From Felis catus (taxonomy: Eukaryota): 64,000 bases of DNA. The stretch's first letter is position 1; every line of letters starts with the position of its first letter. The notes below the pieces were generated by a model. The model saw nothing but the letters and a program-made list of their open reading frames with translations, made no database searches and was not told where the DNA came from. A program made the translations under genes and the position numbers. Below, one piece after another: positions 1-13,055 of the stretch. Where the stretch lies: contig NC_058368.1 of assembly GCF_018350175.1 (NCBI RefSeq), forward strand, positions 182,344,001 through 182,408,000. Direction: 5' to 3'.

Positions 1-107
1 ATATGGTGCCCGTCTTCCAAATGGGAGAACAAATCCCAAGACTCACTATGCAGCTTAAGCCCTCAACCTTAAAGAAGCCTTTCTTTTCTCCACCAGAATT
101 CTGGAAA

Positions 108-232
108 AATAAAACAAAGCAACAACAACAACAGAAAAAAAAACAACAACAACAACCAAACAAACAAAAAAACAAACAAAAAACAAAAACAAACAACAAC
201 AACAAAAGAAACAAAACAAAAACAACAAAAAA
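108..232. repeat. A-rich (CAA)n/(CAAA)n compound microsatellite
   Basis: Read directly from the sequence. Confidence 0.9.
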
Positions 233-1277
233 GTAGATTTCAGATGTGTAGAAGCATTTCTTGATGGAGAGGTTATTAAACACCACAGTAGGCAGGTAAT
301 AATGCCTAAATGTTGGGGATGGGATAAACAACCTCCTTACCAAAAGCTAGGCTGAGGAGTTTGGGACAGGATAATGTCTCAAATTCCCCTATAGCCACGG
401 GGGTTCACAATTTTATTACCTAAGGATGCAAAAGCATTTTGGCCCATGCTGGGCGTAGGCAATTTCACTATAGTCTAAGCAGCCTTTAAGATGAAAAAAC
501 CTTTGTTAAATCCTATTCTATGAACATTTAATATTTGAAATTATTTGAGATGAAAGCATAATACCCAATTGTTACTGCTTCATGAGTGAGTCTCTTACTT
601 GTCTAATTATGGCAAGTGATGCTGTCAATACTAAAACATTTTCAAGAGATTAACTTTGCACAATAAGAGCTTCTGTGCCAGCCAGAAAATCCTTTAAAGT
701 ATTTCACGTATTTTGCAACACTGAGTGGCCAACAACTCATTTTAATATTTACAGACAAAATGATATTTGGATAAAGTAAATGTCAGATTCAAAAAGAACA
801 AAACAAGGCAGAATGACATTCTAAACGAAGTTCCAGGTTGTGGGTCTCAACTTGACAGCCAATATGTGGTGAGACCAAAAGGAAATACATTTTATTGTGT
901 CCTCTTGTTAAGTACCACCAAAACTTACACTGTTTCTAAGATCACTTTAAGAGCCCTGAGAAATCCTTTGAACACATTGAGAAGTCTTACAAGTTTCATT
1001 CTAATAATGTTTGTTTCAAAGCACAAATATATCTTTTCTGCTTTGGTTAATTTCACATTTGGTACCAGGACCTTATGTAGTGTATAGTGATGATTGGTAA
1101 TTACAATTCCTTGTTCTAAGCACAAGAATGTCCTTTCCACTAATGATGAGAAACATGACAAAGGAACATGAAAGACTGGTATCTCCACATAGCTGGTATG
1201 ATTCCAAGTCTGGCTGATTATGGGATATCCAGGGATGCATTCTGAAACTATAGTTTCACTCTCAGTGATTTTAATTT

Positions 1278-1345
1278 GGTAGTTTTTTTTTTTATAGTAC
1301 CCCAAGGGAATTCGGTAGTTTTTATATAGCACCCCAAGGGGATTC
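1278..1345. repeat. Diverged two-copy tandem duplication (~32-36 bp unit)
   Basis: GGTAG(T)nATAGTACCCCAAGGGAATTC followed by GGTAGTTTTTATATAGCACCCCAAGGGGATTC. Confidence 0.8.
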
Positions 1346-1654
1346 CAATCAACCAAGTTTAGGAATCCCTAGTACATGTGATGACTTATACATTATAAAT
1401 GCAGGACTCCTGAAGGTCTTTTTATGTCTGACATAGCTTTAACAACCGACTCACTAAATATGGAATTCCATTAACAGAAAATTATAACCTTTCATTCTAT
1501 AGTTAGAAATGCAAACACTATTAGAATAGGAGACATTAATTAACATAATTCATGATGATCACTGACAACATTTTTCAAGGTCTAATTGAACCAGGCCTTT
1601 CTAGACCATAGAGTAATAACAGGTATGAGGCAAGCTTTGTAAGACTAGCAGAGA

Positions 1655-1880
1655 ACAACAGTATAGAGTGGTAATTAAACATTGCTCAGATCTATAATCA
1701 GTTGTGGGTTTGCATCAGGCTTTCACTGTTGACCTATGTGACTTTAAGCAGTTTACTGAACCTTTCTAAACCTCTTTTGTAAAAAAAAAATCATATATTC
1801 TTCATAATATTTTGGTGAAGAGACACATGTAAAGTACTTGGGACAGTTCCTGATACATAGTAAATGTTCATTACACATTA
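1655..1880 (+). mobile_element. MIR SINE fossil
   Basis: Similar to the MIR core and tail (TGTGACTTTAAGCAGTTTACTGAACC...CATGTAAAGTACTTGGGACAGTTCCTGATACATAGTAAATG). Confidence 0.7.
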
Positions 1881-2060
1881 TCTAGTGTAAGTCATGTTAA
1901 TAATGCTGTTCATAATTTAGTTGAACAATTCCTAACCTTGTTAAGTCTTGGAATGGCCTAATGAGTAGTTTAACAAATTACTAACACCTTGGTCTGCCAT
2001 AAAGAAATCCATTAAGTCTAGGTGGGCCAGAGAATCTGTATTTTAAAAGGCCTGCAGGTG

Positions 2061-2860
2061 TACAAATCAAAACCGCAATGAGATATCACCTCACACTGGT
2101 CAGAATGGCTAAAATTAATAACTCAGGAAAAAAACAGATGTTGGCAAGGATGCAGACAAAGTCAGACCCTTTTGCACTGTTGGTGGAAATGCAAACTTGT
2201 ACAGTCACTATGGAAAACAGTATGGAGTTTCTTCAAAAATTTGCAAATAGAACTACCCTACAACCTAGCAATTATATTACTAGGTATTTATCCAAAGGAT
2301 ATAAAAATGTTGACTGGAAGGGGCACATGCACCCCAATGTTTATAGCAGCACTATTAACAATAGCCAAATTATGGGAAGAGCCCAAATGTCCATCAACTG
2401 GTGAATGGATAAAGAAGATGTGGTATATATATCTAATGGGATACGACTCAGAGATCAAAAAGAATGGAATCTTGTCATTTGCAAAAATGTGGATACAATT
2501 AGAGTGTATTATGCTAAGTGAAACAAGTCAATCAAAGAAAGAAAAATATCATATGATTTCACTCATACGTGGAATTTAAGAAACACAACACATGAACATA
2601 GGGGAAGTGAAAGCAAAATAAAATACAGAGAGGAAGGCAAACCATAAGAGACTCTTAAATTCAGAGAACAAAGTTAGGGTTGTGGGAGAGGAGGTGGGTA
2701 GGGGAATGATGGGCTAAAATGGGTGATGGGTGTTAAAGAGATTACTTGTTGTGATGAGCATTGGGTGTTGTATGTAACTGATGAATCACTGGGTTCTACT
2801 CCTGAAACCAATACTACACTGTATGTTAACTAACTTGAATTTAAATAAACTTAAAAAAAA
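2061..2860 (+). mobile_element. 5'-truncated carnivore L1 (ORF2 C-terminus + 3'UTR) inserted in a MER5-like fragment
   Basis: MRYHLT..., [25 protein letters not shown] tail; TSD core CCTGCAGGTG at 2051-2060 and 2861-2870. Confidence 0.93.
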
Positions 2861-3300
2861 CCTGCAGGTGATTCCTACCTACAATCAGCAGAGTGCAGGG
2901 AGAGCTAGAGTAGTTGGACTAACCAAGGCAAAGCAAAACAAAGCCATTGAGTAGGAAAAGGAGTGTGACCTCTGCAAACACATTTATTTCCCAAGTCAAA
3001 TTTACATGTTTGTAATGTTAAAAATTCCCTGGTTTTACAAGGCTTGTGCATTCCATCCCATTTCGTCCTTGATTCCTATTTCCAAAGAGTACAATTTTCC
3101 ATGCTTCACTCTATTTTTCAAGTTACATTCACCTTACCTTACCTTACCTTACATTTACTTTCCTTTTTCTATATAAAATGCTCATACTGTGGTTTTACGT
3201 ATAATTTTTCAGTCTTAAATATTTCCTAAGTAGACCCTACTTTGGAAAATAAGGATGCAGTTTTTTAAAACACTCTTTCAACACACCTTCCCAGACTCTT

Positions 3301-3520
3301 TTTTTTTTATTTTTTTTTAATGTTTATTTATTTTTGAGACAGAGAGAGACAGAGCATGAACAGGGGAGGGGCAGAGAGAGAGGGAGACACAGAATCGGAA
3401 ACAGGCTCCAGGCTCTGAGCCATCAGCCCAGAGCCTGACGCGGGGCTCAAACTCCTGGACCGCGAGATCGTGACCTGGCTGAAGTCGGACGCTTAACCGA
3501 CTGCGCCACCCAGGCGCCCC
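3301..3520 (-). mobile_element. Young Can-SINE (SINEC_Fc-like)
   Basis: Near-consensus, CpG-rich; TSD TTCCCAGACTCTTTTTT at 3288-3304 and 3521-3537. Confidence 0.95.
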
Positions 3521-3540
3521 TTCCCAGACTCTTTTTTAAA

Positions 3541-3745
3541 AAAAAAATTTAATGTTTATTTTTGAGAGAGAATGAGAGAGGCAGAGTGCATTGGGGGAGG
3601 GACAGAGAGAGAGGAAGACACATAATTTGAAGAAGGCTCCAGGCTTCAGCACAGAGCCTGATGTGGGGCTCAAACTCACGAACCATGAAATCATGACCTG
3701 AGCCGAAGTCAGACTCTTGACCAACTGAGTCACCCACGTGCCCCC
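3541..3745 (-). mobile_element. Older Can-SINE, in tandem with the previous copy
   Basis: tRNA-derived head, (AG)n, T-rich tail on +. Confidence 0.9.
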
Positions 3746-4219
3746 GCAGACTTTTAATATAATTGTGTAATATTTTTTATTAGATTTTTAAAAAAACTAT
3801 GTCACATTTGTTATGCAACTATTAACCATAATAGAACCATGCTGTATGATGTAAATGTATTTCTTCTTTCATACAATACTTTGTCTTCTTTCAAATTAAT
3901 TTGTCTCATTTTTCATGTGCCCAGTTTTCTAAGTTCCAATCACTATTTCATACACAAAGACTAGGTAACTAATAATTCCATTTCTTTCTTCCTTCACTGT
4001 GGTCTAGCTGATTTCTAGGACTTCTGTACACTTACCTTTTTGGTACTCCCATCAGTACCACCCTGGGAGTTCCCATGGCCTCATTTCATTATGAATGCTC
4101 TGTTCCTTGGATAATGCTCTTGATTATTTCCTTGAATTGATAGAGAGTATTCTTCAATAGCTTGGGGGATGTAACATTAAGACCCACATCTGAAAATGTG
4201 TATGTTGTAATTTTCATTC

Positions 4220-4393
4220 TTTTTTTTAATGCTTATTTATATATTTTTGTGAGAAAGAAAGAGAGACAGAGGAGGCACAGAATGAGAGGGAGAGATAGTC
4301 CCAAGCAGGGCTCGAACCCATGAACCACAAGATTATGACGTGAGTAGAAATCAAGAGTTGGACGCTTAACCAACTGAGCCCCGCAGGGGCCCT
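4220..4393 (-). mobile_element. Can-SINE with internal deletion
   Basis: CCCAAGCAGG is joined directly to GCTCGAACC. Confidence 0.85.
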
Positions 4394-4619
4394 ATAGTGT
4401 TCCTTCTTACTTGATACTTTGGATAAGTGAGGAATTCTAGATTGCAAACAAATTTCCCTTGGTTTTAAACTTTTTTTTCTGATCTATTAAATCAGTCACC
4501 TTCCACTTCCTGCCTTTCAATACAATTAAAAATACCTGTGTTGTGATTTTTAATACATGTTTCAGAAAGAAGAAAGGTAAACAAGTATGCTTGTATCACT
4601 CATGCCACTAATAGCTGCA

Positions 4620-4975
4620 TTAGTTAATAGACTCTCCAAATTTAGTAGCATAAGTTATGTTTGTAAGTTTGTTTCTCTCTAACATAAATTACAACTTATG
4701 GTGTCTTCTGTTTGCTCCCATGGAGAAGTTCTGTTCACGTAGTACCCAGGGGTCTAGGATCTATCTTTAGTATATGGATGGGTGCTAATTTCCAACTAGC
4801 AGATCAGGAAAGACATAGAAGGTAGTATGGTGAAGAGGTTTTTATGTGTCAAGCCTCAGTGGCATATGTCACTTTTTAAAGCACATTTCGTTTGCTAGAA
4901 CACAGTCAAATGGCTATAACTAATATCAAAAGAGGACTGCAATTATAGTCTAGTGTGTACCTAGGCACAAATAGA
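4620..4975. mobile_element. Ancient MaLR (MLT1J/K/L-like) LTR fragment
   Basis: GTGGCATATGTCACTT...GCTAGAACACAGTCAAATGGCTATAACTAA...ATAGTCTAG resembles MLT1 LTRs. Confidence 0.6.
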
Positions 4976-5259
4976 AACTTCTGTAGCTGGTACACTGCTA
5001 TTGAAGAAAAGTCTAATTGTTCCAGTAACCATAATTTGACATAATTGGCTAAGGGGTTACATCATAGTAGCATTACAGTAAATTAGGTAATATCCCATCA
5101 AATTGAAAACACACCCGTGGCTATGACTTTGAAAGAGAAATGTCACCTCTATTTCATTCTCTGCCACAGTGTTCAATTTGTCAGATTTATCCAGAAAAAC
5201 TAAATTCATTGAATTACCATAAAAACTCTGGCAATAATGATGATGATGATAATAGTGAC

Positions 5260-5500
5260 AATAATAGATGACATTTATTGTGTTCTAAATCAGTATCTGA
5301 CACTATGCTGAGCTCTTTATGGGCTGTTCTGCTGTGGTTTATACAATAAAACATGAGATAGGTAATATTTTTATCTCTATTTCACAGATGAGGCACAGAA
5401 TCTTAGAATTTGATCATAGTCCTACAGTTAGGATATACTGGTTTCAAGCCTAGGCCTGCGTTATTCAAAATGATAAGGGTCTTTCCACTATGCCATGCTG
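5260..5500 (-). mobile_element. MIR SINE fossil
   Basis: ATTTCACAGATGAGGCACAGA core; CTTTCCACTATGCCATGCTG head in reverse orientation. Confidence 0.75.
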
Positions 5501-7364
5501 TTCTGCGTTATGCCATAGAAATTTAAACAGAGCCTAAAAGAATGTTCAAGGTATGATGTGCCTTTCTAATTCTCCATCATTAATATGCCTTCTTTAATTC
5601 AATAAAAAATTGGGGTTTGAGTTACAAGAAACAATTGAATAGCTTCAGTATTTCTGAATTTTGCTTTTCATAAAAATCTTGGGTATTTGTTCTTTATGGT
5701 CAAACTGCTAAAATTCATAAGTGGCATAAATAATTTGACAATAGCAAGCCTGTTGTGTTTAATGCATGTTCGGTGCTGTAATTCAGTCTCAAAAATTGTC
5801 CTCTCCGGTAAAGCTGCCAAGCCAAAACAATGAAGGGTTTTAGCTGCAAAGTGAAGTTTTCTGGAATTATAATATTCCTTTTGACCTCTGGGATGACTAA
5901 ATGCTATTTAATTCCTTCCCTTTATTCACTACAGTGAAAAAGACTTGGGAAACATGCTGGAGCAAAGGTAGCATTTACTTTCAAAGCTATAGTCAGACAT
6001 TAGTACTCCCGGGAGAGGGAGAAATGCTTGCAAGTTGGTGGTGGAAAACCTTATTTACTGTAATGCTACAAATGTCCTTCTTACTTGTTGGTATTGCAAA
6101 AGCTATGATGTAACACCGAAGTCAATTATTTCAAATTATAGTGACTGAAACAATTAGACTTTTTATCCCATAGCGGTGTACTAAGAATTTAACCTGAGCT
6201 GAAATGGAACTAGTTTATAACTGGTAGCTCCTTTTTTAAGAGGTTTAGCTTTTAGGTACTGTTACTACTAATTACATGAAAAACACTATAGCTGTCAAAT
6301 TTCACAATCAACTCTGGCTTTAAAACAGCTAAAATAGAAATGGTTGAGTAGTTAGGTTCCGTTTCTTTCTCTTACTATTTCATAGAGGTGTTAAATACAA
6401 AAAAAAACTATACTCAGGATCTTTGTGTTCAATCCTCTCTTCTGGCTGATTCAATAGCATTTGATCCGGTATGAAAATTTTTGGCTTCCTCAGTATACTT
6501 AGCCCCAGCATGATCAATATTGAAACACATCTCCAATCTGGGCTACTTTACATCCTATTTGCCTAAAGAGTTTAGATAATGAAATTCACAAGCAGCAAAA
6601 TCTATAAATGAGTTACTGACAAAGAGGTATGTCACCCAGAGATGCAGATTCTAAGGAGAGGTAATACCTGAAGCTGACTGATAAGGTTTTAAAACCACGT
6701 GTCTGTATCAGCAGCACAGCCAGCCCTTGGCAAGACCAAGAAGCCAGAGCTATCCCCGGCATCCTCCTGGACTGTTCACTCCATATTTTTGGTGGCATCT
6801 GCCAGGCCCTTCTCTCCCCTGCCCTTATAAGGCAGCCTCTCGATTCACACTCCCCCCCTCTAAACCCTATTCTCAATGCTTGTTTCCTAATTCTTCATTT
6901 ACACTAAGAGCACAAATGAGAGATTAACACTGTAAGTGTTATTACACTTAAGAAGAAATGTTGCATTTTCATAAGGAACCACTCTAGGTGAAGAAAAATA
7001 TTGGAATTGCATTTTAAACCAAAGGGCTTGGGAAACATATGAGATCTTTTTGGCACCTATAAAATTCATACAATGTGGTAAGTCCGTTCATTTTCCTATG
7101 GGTACAATAAATGCAGGTATACGATGACATTGAAAGTGAAGGGAGCCAGGACTAGAGGACTTATTTAAGCCAATGTTTCCCTTTTAAAAATGAAGTATAT
7201 GAAATAACCATACCAGGTTAGCAACATTGAAAGTGCTTGGTCAGAAAGCCAACAAATGCAGGAAATGATATGAATTCTTGGGCCTTGATCAAATAGCCTC
7301 GAGTTGCTGGTGATAAGACCTTGGAATCTGTATTTAGATAAGCATCCCCAGGTGTTCTTATGAC

Positions 7365-7565
7365 TAGCATAATGGTTATAGATTCTGGAGTCAACCTGTC
7401 ACTTGCTATGCACAAATTATTTAGATTTGTGCTTCAGTTTCTTCATCTGAAAAATGGGGATATTAACGGAACCTACCTCACAGGACTGTTATGAAGGTTA
7501 AATGAGTTAACGATTGTAATTCAGTTACAATAGTGTCTGGCACTATGCAGAAGTTTGCTAAGTAA
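7365..7565 (+). mobile_element. MIR SINE fossil, preceded by a MER5-like fragment (~7220-7365)
   Basis: CTTCAGTTTCTTCATCTGAAAAATGGGGATATTAACGGAACCTACCTCACAGG core. Confidence 0.8.
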
Positions 7566-7632
7566 AAATTAAATACACTCAGCTTTAAGAAATACAGATC
7601 TAAATGGTAATGAGTTTAAAATCATTGTCACA

Positions 7633-7763
7633 GGGCACCTGGCTGGATCAGTTGGTTAAGCATCTGACTCTTGATTTGGGCTCAGGGTATAATCTCATGG
7701 TTCATGGGATTGAGTCCCACATCAGGCTCTGCACTGACAGCACAGAGCCTGTTTGGGATTCTC

Positions 7764-7798
<35 letters not shown>

Positions 7799-7866
7799 TC
7801 CCATTCCCTGAGTTCTCTCTCTCTCTCTCAAAATAACTAAATCTACATTAAAAAAATAAAATAAAA
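7633..7866 (+). mobile_element. Can-SINE
   Basis: GGGCACCTGGCTGGATCAG head, (CTGT)n/(CT)n, A tail. Confidence 0.9.
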
Positions 7867-10344
7867 CTTGTCGGAATTTCAGATAATCAGTCTAAAAGAT
7901 AAGGGTTTCCAAACTGATGTTAATGAGCATGCCAGATTAATGGGATCAAAGCCTTACTTATAATAAGTATTGCATTATATGTGGCTGAGTAGAAAGCATT
8001 GCATCTGTGTTCACTGCATTAAAAGGGAGGACGAAGAACATAGACTTGAGATAGAGATGTGATCCTGGTTTTGATGTAGCTTCTTTGTCTAGGCATCAAT
8101 TTATTCAGAAATATATCAACTTGGGAGAAATATTTACCAAAAAAATTACGTAATGCAGGCATTTTGAAACATTCGTGAAAACACGGATAAGCCAGTGGGA
8201 TGAAAGAAATACCCTAATATCCAAAGAAGCCAACTATGCAGTGTGTATTTAGAAAGGAGATTTTATGAATGAAATGCCCATCAAATGTGTTATATCATGC
8301 ACAAAAATGGTTGGCATGATATATGTAAGAGTCATCCACGGAAACCTTATGCAATGAAGTGAAAAGAGAGTAGTTTGATTTTCTTTGAAGTGTTTTCTTA
8401 TAACAAGAGATAAAAGCAGACATCTATTTTCTTTGATGTTTTTATCCTAAATTTTGTGTTTGATTTTCCTATCGACACTATAGATTTTCTTCTTTTCAAT
8501 TCACTAGACCATATCCATATTTTCAAAGAACCAAAAAGTTATGGGAATGGCAAGTCCCTTGTAGGCATCAACAGGGATGAGTTTTCTTGTTGGCAGGTTG
8601 TGAGTTTCACTTTTACTTTTCTGTTTTAATCCATTATGCAAACTAATGTATCCACCTTAAACCAAATGTTCTGTACTTCAGTTCTTTGCATGCTGTTTAC
8701 TTCTCAGAAGAGAAAGAAAAGGGTGTTAAACCTCAGATAAGCAGGGCACACATCTATGCACCACAGTGATATCATTCAATGCCATGTTTATACCTAGTTA
8801 GAAATAAGTGAACATCTGCTGATTAAAAAATAGAACTGTAATAGTGGCCAGCAGGGAATAAACCACTTTATTGAGCTTTGTTATGTGGATGGAAATGTGC
8901 TGTGCAGAAAGTGCTTTATTTGCAAATAACACAACTAACTGCTGGTGGTAGAAATATATGCACAAAGTAGATTCTGAACTAATTTTGAGAAACGATTTGT
9001 TTTAATGTGAGCATCAGCTGATGCTTCTGCCTTCCTTCAAATTTATATTGATCACTCTCAAGTTTAATTTTGACTACTGGGAGGAAGTCCTGCATGGCTC
9101 ACAAAATCTTGCCAACCAGGTATCAGTTCACACTCTATCTACTGTTATAATTTTGGTGGCCTTTTCCTCAAGTTCTTCCAAAATGTTTTTGATCTTTTTC
9201 ACTGACTTATTCAAGAAATAACTAAGACCCTGGTATATCTAGTTCAATAACTAATATATCCCATATTGTTTTTTTTAAAAATGGCATGTGGAAGGAAAAC
9301 TTGGAACACACTATGAACAAAAGATGTGTGATTGTTTTAACCTTGATTCTCAATTTGCCTCATATACCTCCTCTGGAAATGGGCTTCTTAGGTCACCCAG
9401 GACTTTGTAAATTCCAGACCCCAAATTTCGTTTTCAGGCTGATCCATTTGTGCAGACTTCTATAGCTTGAATAGCATTTTCTTATAAATATTGCCCGGTT
9501 AAAACAATTGCAACACTAAACTTGTGAGATTCTTCCTCAGTACTTCTCGATATTCCTTCTTTAGTTACTACTTGTTCTCCTACCTCATAAGGAGTGATAA
9601 TGCACAAAGGTCTGTTCTTAGATCATTTCTTCCACCAATCTCATGTTGGCATTATCAAAATCCTCTTCCTCTCTTAAAATTAGCAGTACTGTCTCTTTTA
9701 CCCTTATCTCTTCCTCCCAGTTTTATAGTTTTACCACCTAGTGTTCATCCCTAGCCAACATAGTTGGGTCTAGCTTAATTTTTTTCTTAAAGTGGATGTA
9801 TCTAATAATCCTCTTTTAAATTATATAGATTTCCCCATCCTTCCTTTACTTTATATTTGTTAAAAGACCTGAGATATTTAAAATGAGATTTTTTTAGTCT
9901 ATATTTTGCTGATTGCATAAACATGGTACACTTGAACAGTTGTAATCCTCTATCTTCTGTATTCCCCGTAAATTGGCAGCTGGATCCAGAGGATTCATTG
10001 GACTCAGATTTGATACTTTAGCAAAATTAGTGGCAGTTTTGTGTTCTTTCATTAGAAGTCACATTATGTCTGATTGTGTCTCTTTTTGTGATACTGATAA
10101 TTATTTATACCTGCTCATTCATTAGGGATTGCAAAATAGTGATATTTTAATGTTATAAATTCATTTCTTAACAGAAATATTTTATAAAGGGACACTTCTC
10201 ATCTACTATTTGGTTGCTCAGTGGTATAGTTCAGATAGGAAAGCTGGGATAGATACCAGATTCTTTATCAATAATATGCTAGTTTTTAAGGTAACAAATT
10301 TTTGCCCTATCGTTTTCCAAAGATAATACATCAGGGTTTCTTTT

Positions 10345-10481
10345 TCCTTTCCTTTCCTTTCCTTTCCTTTCCTTTCCTTTCTTTTCCTTTCCTTTCCTTT
10401 CCTTTCCTTTCCTTTCCTTTCCTTTCCTTTCCTTTCCTTTCCTTTCCTTTCCTTTCTTTCTTTTCTTTCTTTCTTTCTTTT
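10345..10481. repeat. (TTTCC)n pentanucleotide microsatellite grading into (TTTC)n
   Basis: Read directly from the sequence. Confidence 0.97.
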
Positions 10482-10489
10482 CAATATTA

Positions 10490-11070
10490 TGATGGTTTAG
10501 CCACTTTGGAAAATTGGCTTGGTGATTTCTTGTAAAGATAACCATTCACTTACTATATAAGTTAGCAACCCCCCTGCTATGTATTTCCCTAAGACAAATG
10601 AAAACTTTTGTTCACAATAAAACTATAAATGAATACTTACAGTGGTTTTCTTCATAATAACTCAAAATAACCCAAATATCCTATAACTGGTGAATAGATA
10701 AACTCTGGTATAACCACACAATCCTACTTAGTAAGGACAGGAGACAGATTCCTCATGCACACAGTGTGAATCAATCTCAAATGAATTATGTTATATGAAA
10801 GAATCCAGACTTAAATGACTACATACTATATAATGCCATTTACATGATTTTAAAAAAGCCAAAATAGTAGGGATTGAGAACAGATAGGTGGCTGCTGAGG
10901 GTACGGCAAAGAGGAGCGTCAACAAGCAAATACTTTGGGTTGATGCAACTGTCCCATATCTTGATGATGACAGTACTTGCACGAGTGAATGCATTTGTCA
11001 AAACTGCATACCCAAAAGAACGAATTTTAATTTACACAGATTTAAAATAAACAAATATAAAGATGAAAAA
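10490..11070 (+). mobile_element. Ancient L1M (L1ME/MD-like) 3' end
   Basis: GCCACTTTGGAAAA...CCCAAATATCCTATAACTGGTGAATAGATAAAC...ATGCCATTTACATG. Confidence 0.75.
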
Positions 11071-11744
11071 TAAAAGTTATTGGTGGGTCAATAACTATCT
11101 TTGAGGAAGGCAATGTATATAGACATCAGGGTGATGTGGCCACAGAATTCTGTGTAAGGAAGGTAATGTATATAGAGAGACTGCTCTTTATTCTCTGCTG
11201 CTTTTGGGGGGAGAAAGACTGGGACAAATTGATTGAAAAAATACCATTTTCAACTCATGGATTTAAACAATATTTGTTAGATTTTGATATATTGCAATTA
11301 TTATTTCAATAAAGTTCAAATACTCATCTTTGGCCAATGTCTATTTGGACTGGTTACGACATTATTTCAACATGACCCCAAAGTAGTCTTGGATAGGTTT
11401 CTTGGTATATGGAATCACAAAATATCCCAGGCTTAACTTGTATATTTCCTACCCCCCGCCCCCGATCTAAAATGAGCTGTGCAAGAAGCCCTGGTTTAAT
11501 TCAATGGAAAAAGTTATCTAAAGATTATAATGTGTTCACTGTATTTTGGAGATCAGGGGACACTCTGTCACCTAATTTTATGATAAATACTGTCCATTGA
11601 TTTTGGGTTTCACTCTCTACTGTTTTGTCTGTTTTTATGTGGTGATCCATGAGATTTAAAATCATTGCTATTTTCACTGCCAATGTATTTCCAGAATCCT
11701 TAGAGAATAACTTTTTAAAAATCAAAATATATTTTACCAATAGC

Positions 11745-12400
11745 AAATTGCTAATGAATTGAATGTGGAATATGAAGGAAAGAAATTAACCCACTTTGAC
11801 TATGAAATTTCTGATGTGGGTAGCTGAGTTAATGTAGAAGTATTTTCTGTGACAGGGAAAACTAGGAGAGGTACAGGTTGGGGGCAGAGAGGATATACAG
11901 AACAAATTCAGTGGTCTTACTTAAATATACTGAGTTTAAGAATCCTGTAAGACATGTAGGTGGATTTCTCAGTTAATGAGTCAAGAGCTTAAATAAAAGG
12001 CAAGAGCTGAAGATAGGATTTAGGGAATCATGAACACATGGATAATATTTATTTTTTAATAGTTTTTTAAAAATTTATTTTGAGATAGAGATATATATAG
12101 AATGAGCATGGGAGGGGCAGAAAGAGTGGGAGGCAGAGAATCCCAAGCAGGCACCACACTATCAGTGTAGCCTGATGTGGGCTTGATTTCATGAACTCTG
12201 AGATCATGACCTGAACCGAAGTCAGACACTTTACAAACTAAGCCACCTAGGCTCCCCAACACTGGATAAATACTGAAAGCAATGAGAGTGATGAGAATGT
12301 AGCCAAAGGAAAGACAGTGACACAGAATAGAGATTTAGGGAACTCAGAGAAAAAGCCAAAGAGACTGAGAAAGAGCTCCAGGTGAGGTATGAGGAAGACC
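11745..12400 (-). mobile_element. L2 fragment split by a SINE
   Basis: Purine-rich antisense L2-like text (GAGTTTAAGAATCCTGTAAGACATGTAGGTGGA). Confidence 0.6.
12052..12257 (-). mobile_element. Can-SINE
   Basis: Typical body; degenerate TSD AACACATGGATAATA / AACACTGGATAAATA. Confidence 0.9.
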
Positions 12401-12879
12401 ACATAAATAGTGGTGACAAGGGACAAGATTCGCGGCTGATAGTTTCAGTGTGATTACTCCTGGTGGAGTAATAAAGATAATGTTTTTGATTTTCCAAGAT
12501 ACCCTCTTTCCTTCACTCTATGACTGAGATGTATCTTGGTTTTCTATTTGCTTTTTGTTCTACTATCTATAAACCTTCACTGACATGATTCCACTCACCT
12601 AGAGTCCCCCAACTCCCACATGTCTAAATCAGGACAGAGCACTAAAGATGTCAAATGAAAGGCCCCAGCCACTGAGAACCTTGGTTTTATGATTATTCTG
12701 AATCCAATGCAATGACTTAAGAAGGTAAGTAAGGACAAAAGAACGGCCAATATTCCAAGAAGGGAATCCGTGTAAAAATTCTATAAGAAAAAAAATCACG
12801 ACATTTTTCTCCAAGTCTGGCAGAACTTTAGCAACTGATTATTAGAACAACAACAACAACAACAACAAAAAGCTAGCAT

Positions 12880-13055
12880 ATCAGAGACAGATAAAACATG
12901 AACTGAATGAAGCTTAAGATCCAAGCTTAAGTAGTCACACAAGCCTCTCTAACTCTGTACCTTATTTTGTACTGTCAGTGATGTGTTGTTTGTTTGTTGG
13001 TTGGTTGGTTTAGGAAAGAGAGCCCTGGAAACTGTATAAGCTTAGAGACTCCTAA
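12880..13055 (+). mobile_element. MER53-like hAT DNA transposon
   Basis: AATGAAGCTTAAG...CTGTACCTTATTTTGTA...AAAGAGAGCCC...AACTGTATAAGCTT resembles MER53. Confidence 0.6.

Larger units (their letters stand above)
9770..11700 (-). mobile_element. Ancient L1MC-like 3' fragment, interrupted by (TTTCC)n and a + strand L1
   Basis: Recalled similarity to L1MC4/5 3'UTR in 9900-10320 and 11270-11690. Confidence 0.55.

Noticed and set aside
3..236. Q/K/N-rich 77-aa ORF
   Set aside because: It is the translation of the (CAA)n/A-rich microsatellite
925..1356. 143-aa minus-strand ORF (and the overlapping 767-1087 ORF)
   Set aside because: Non-ATG starts, no recognisable domain, and it runs through a T-tract and a tandem duplication
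6823..6832. CArG box CCTTATAAGG
   Set aside because: A single 10-mer is expected by chance; the same motif also occurs in the LTR near 25727
10218..10545. ERKGK-repeat ORFs
   Set aside because: Translation of (TTTCC)n
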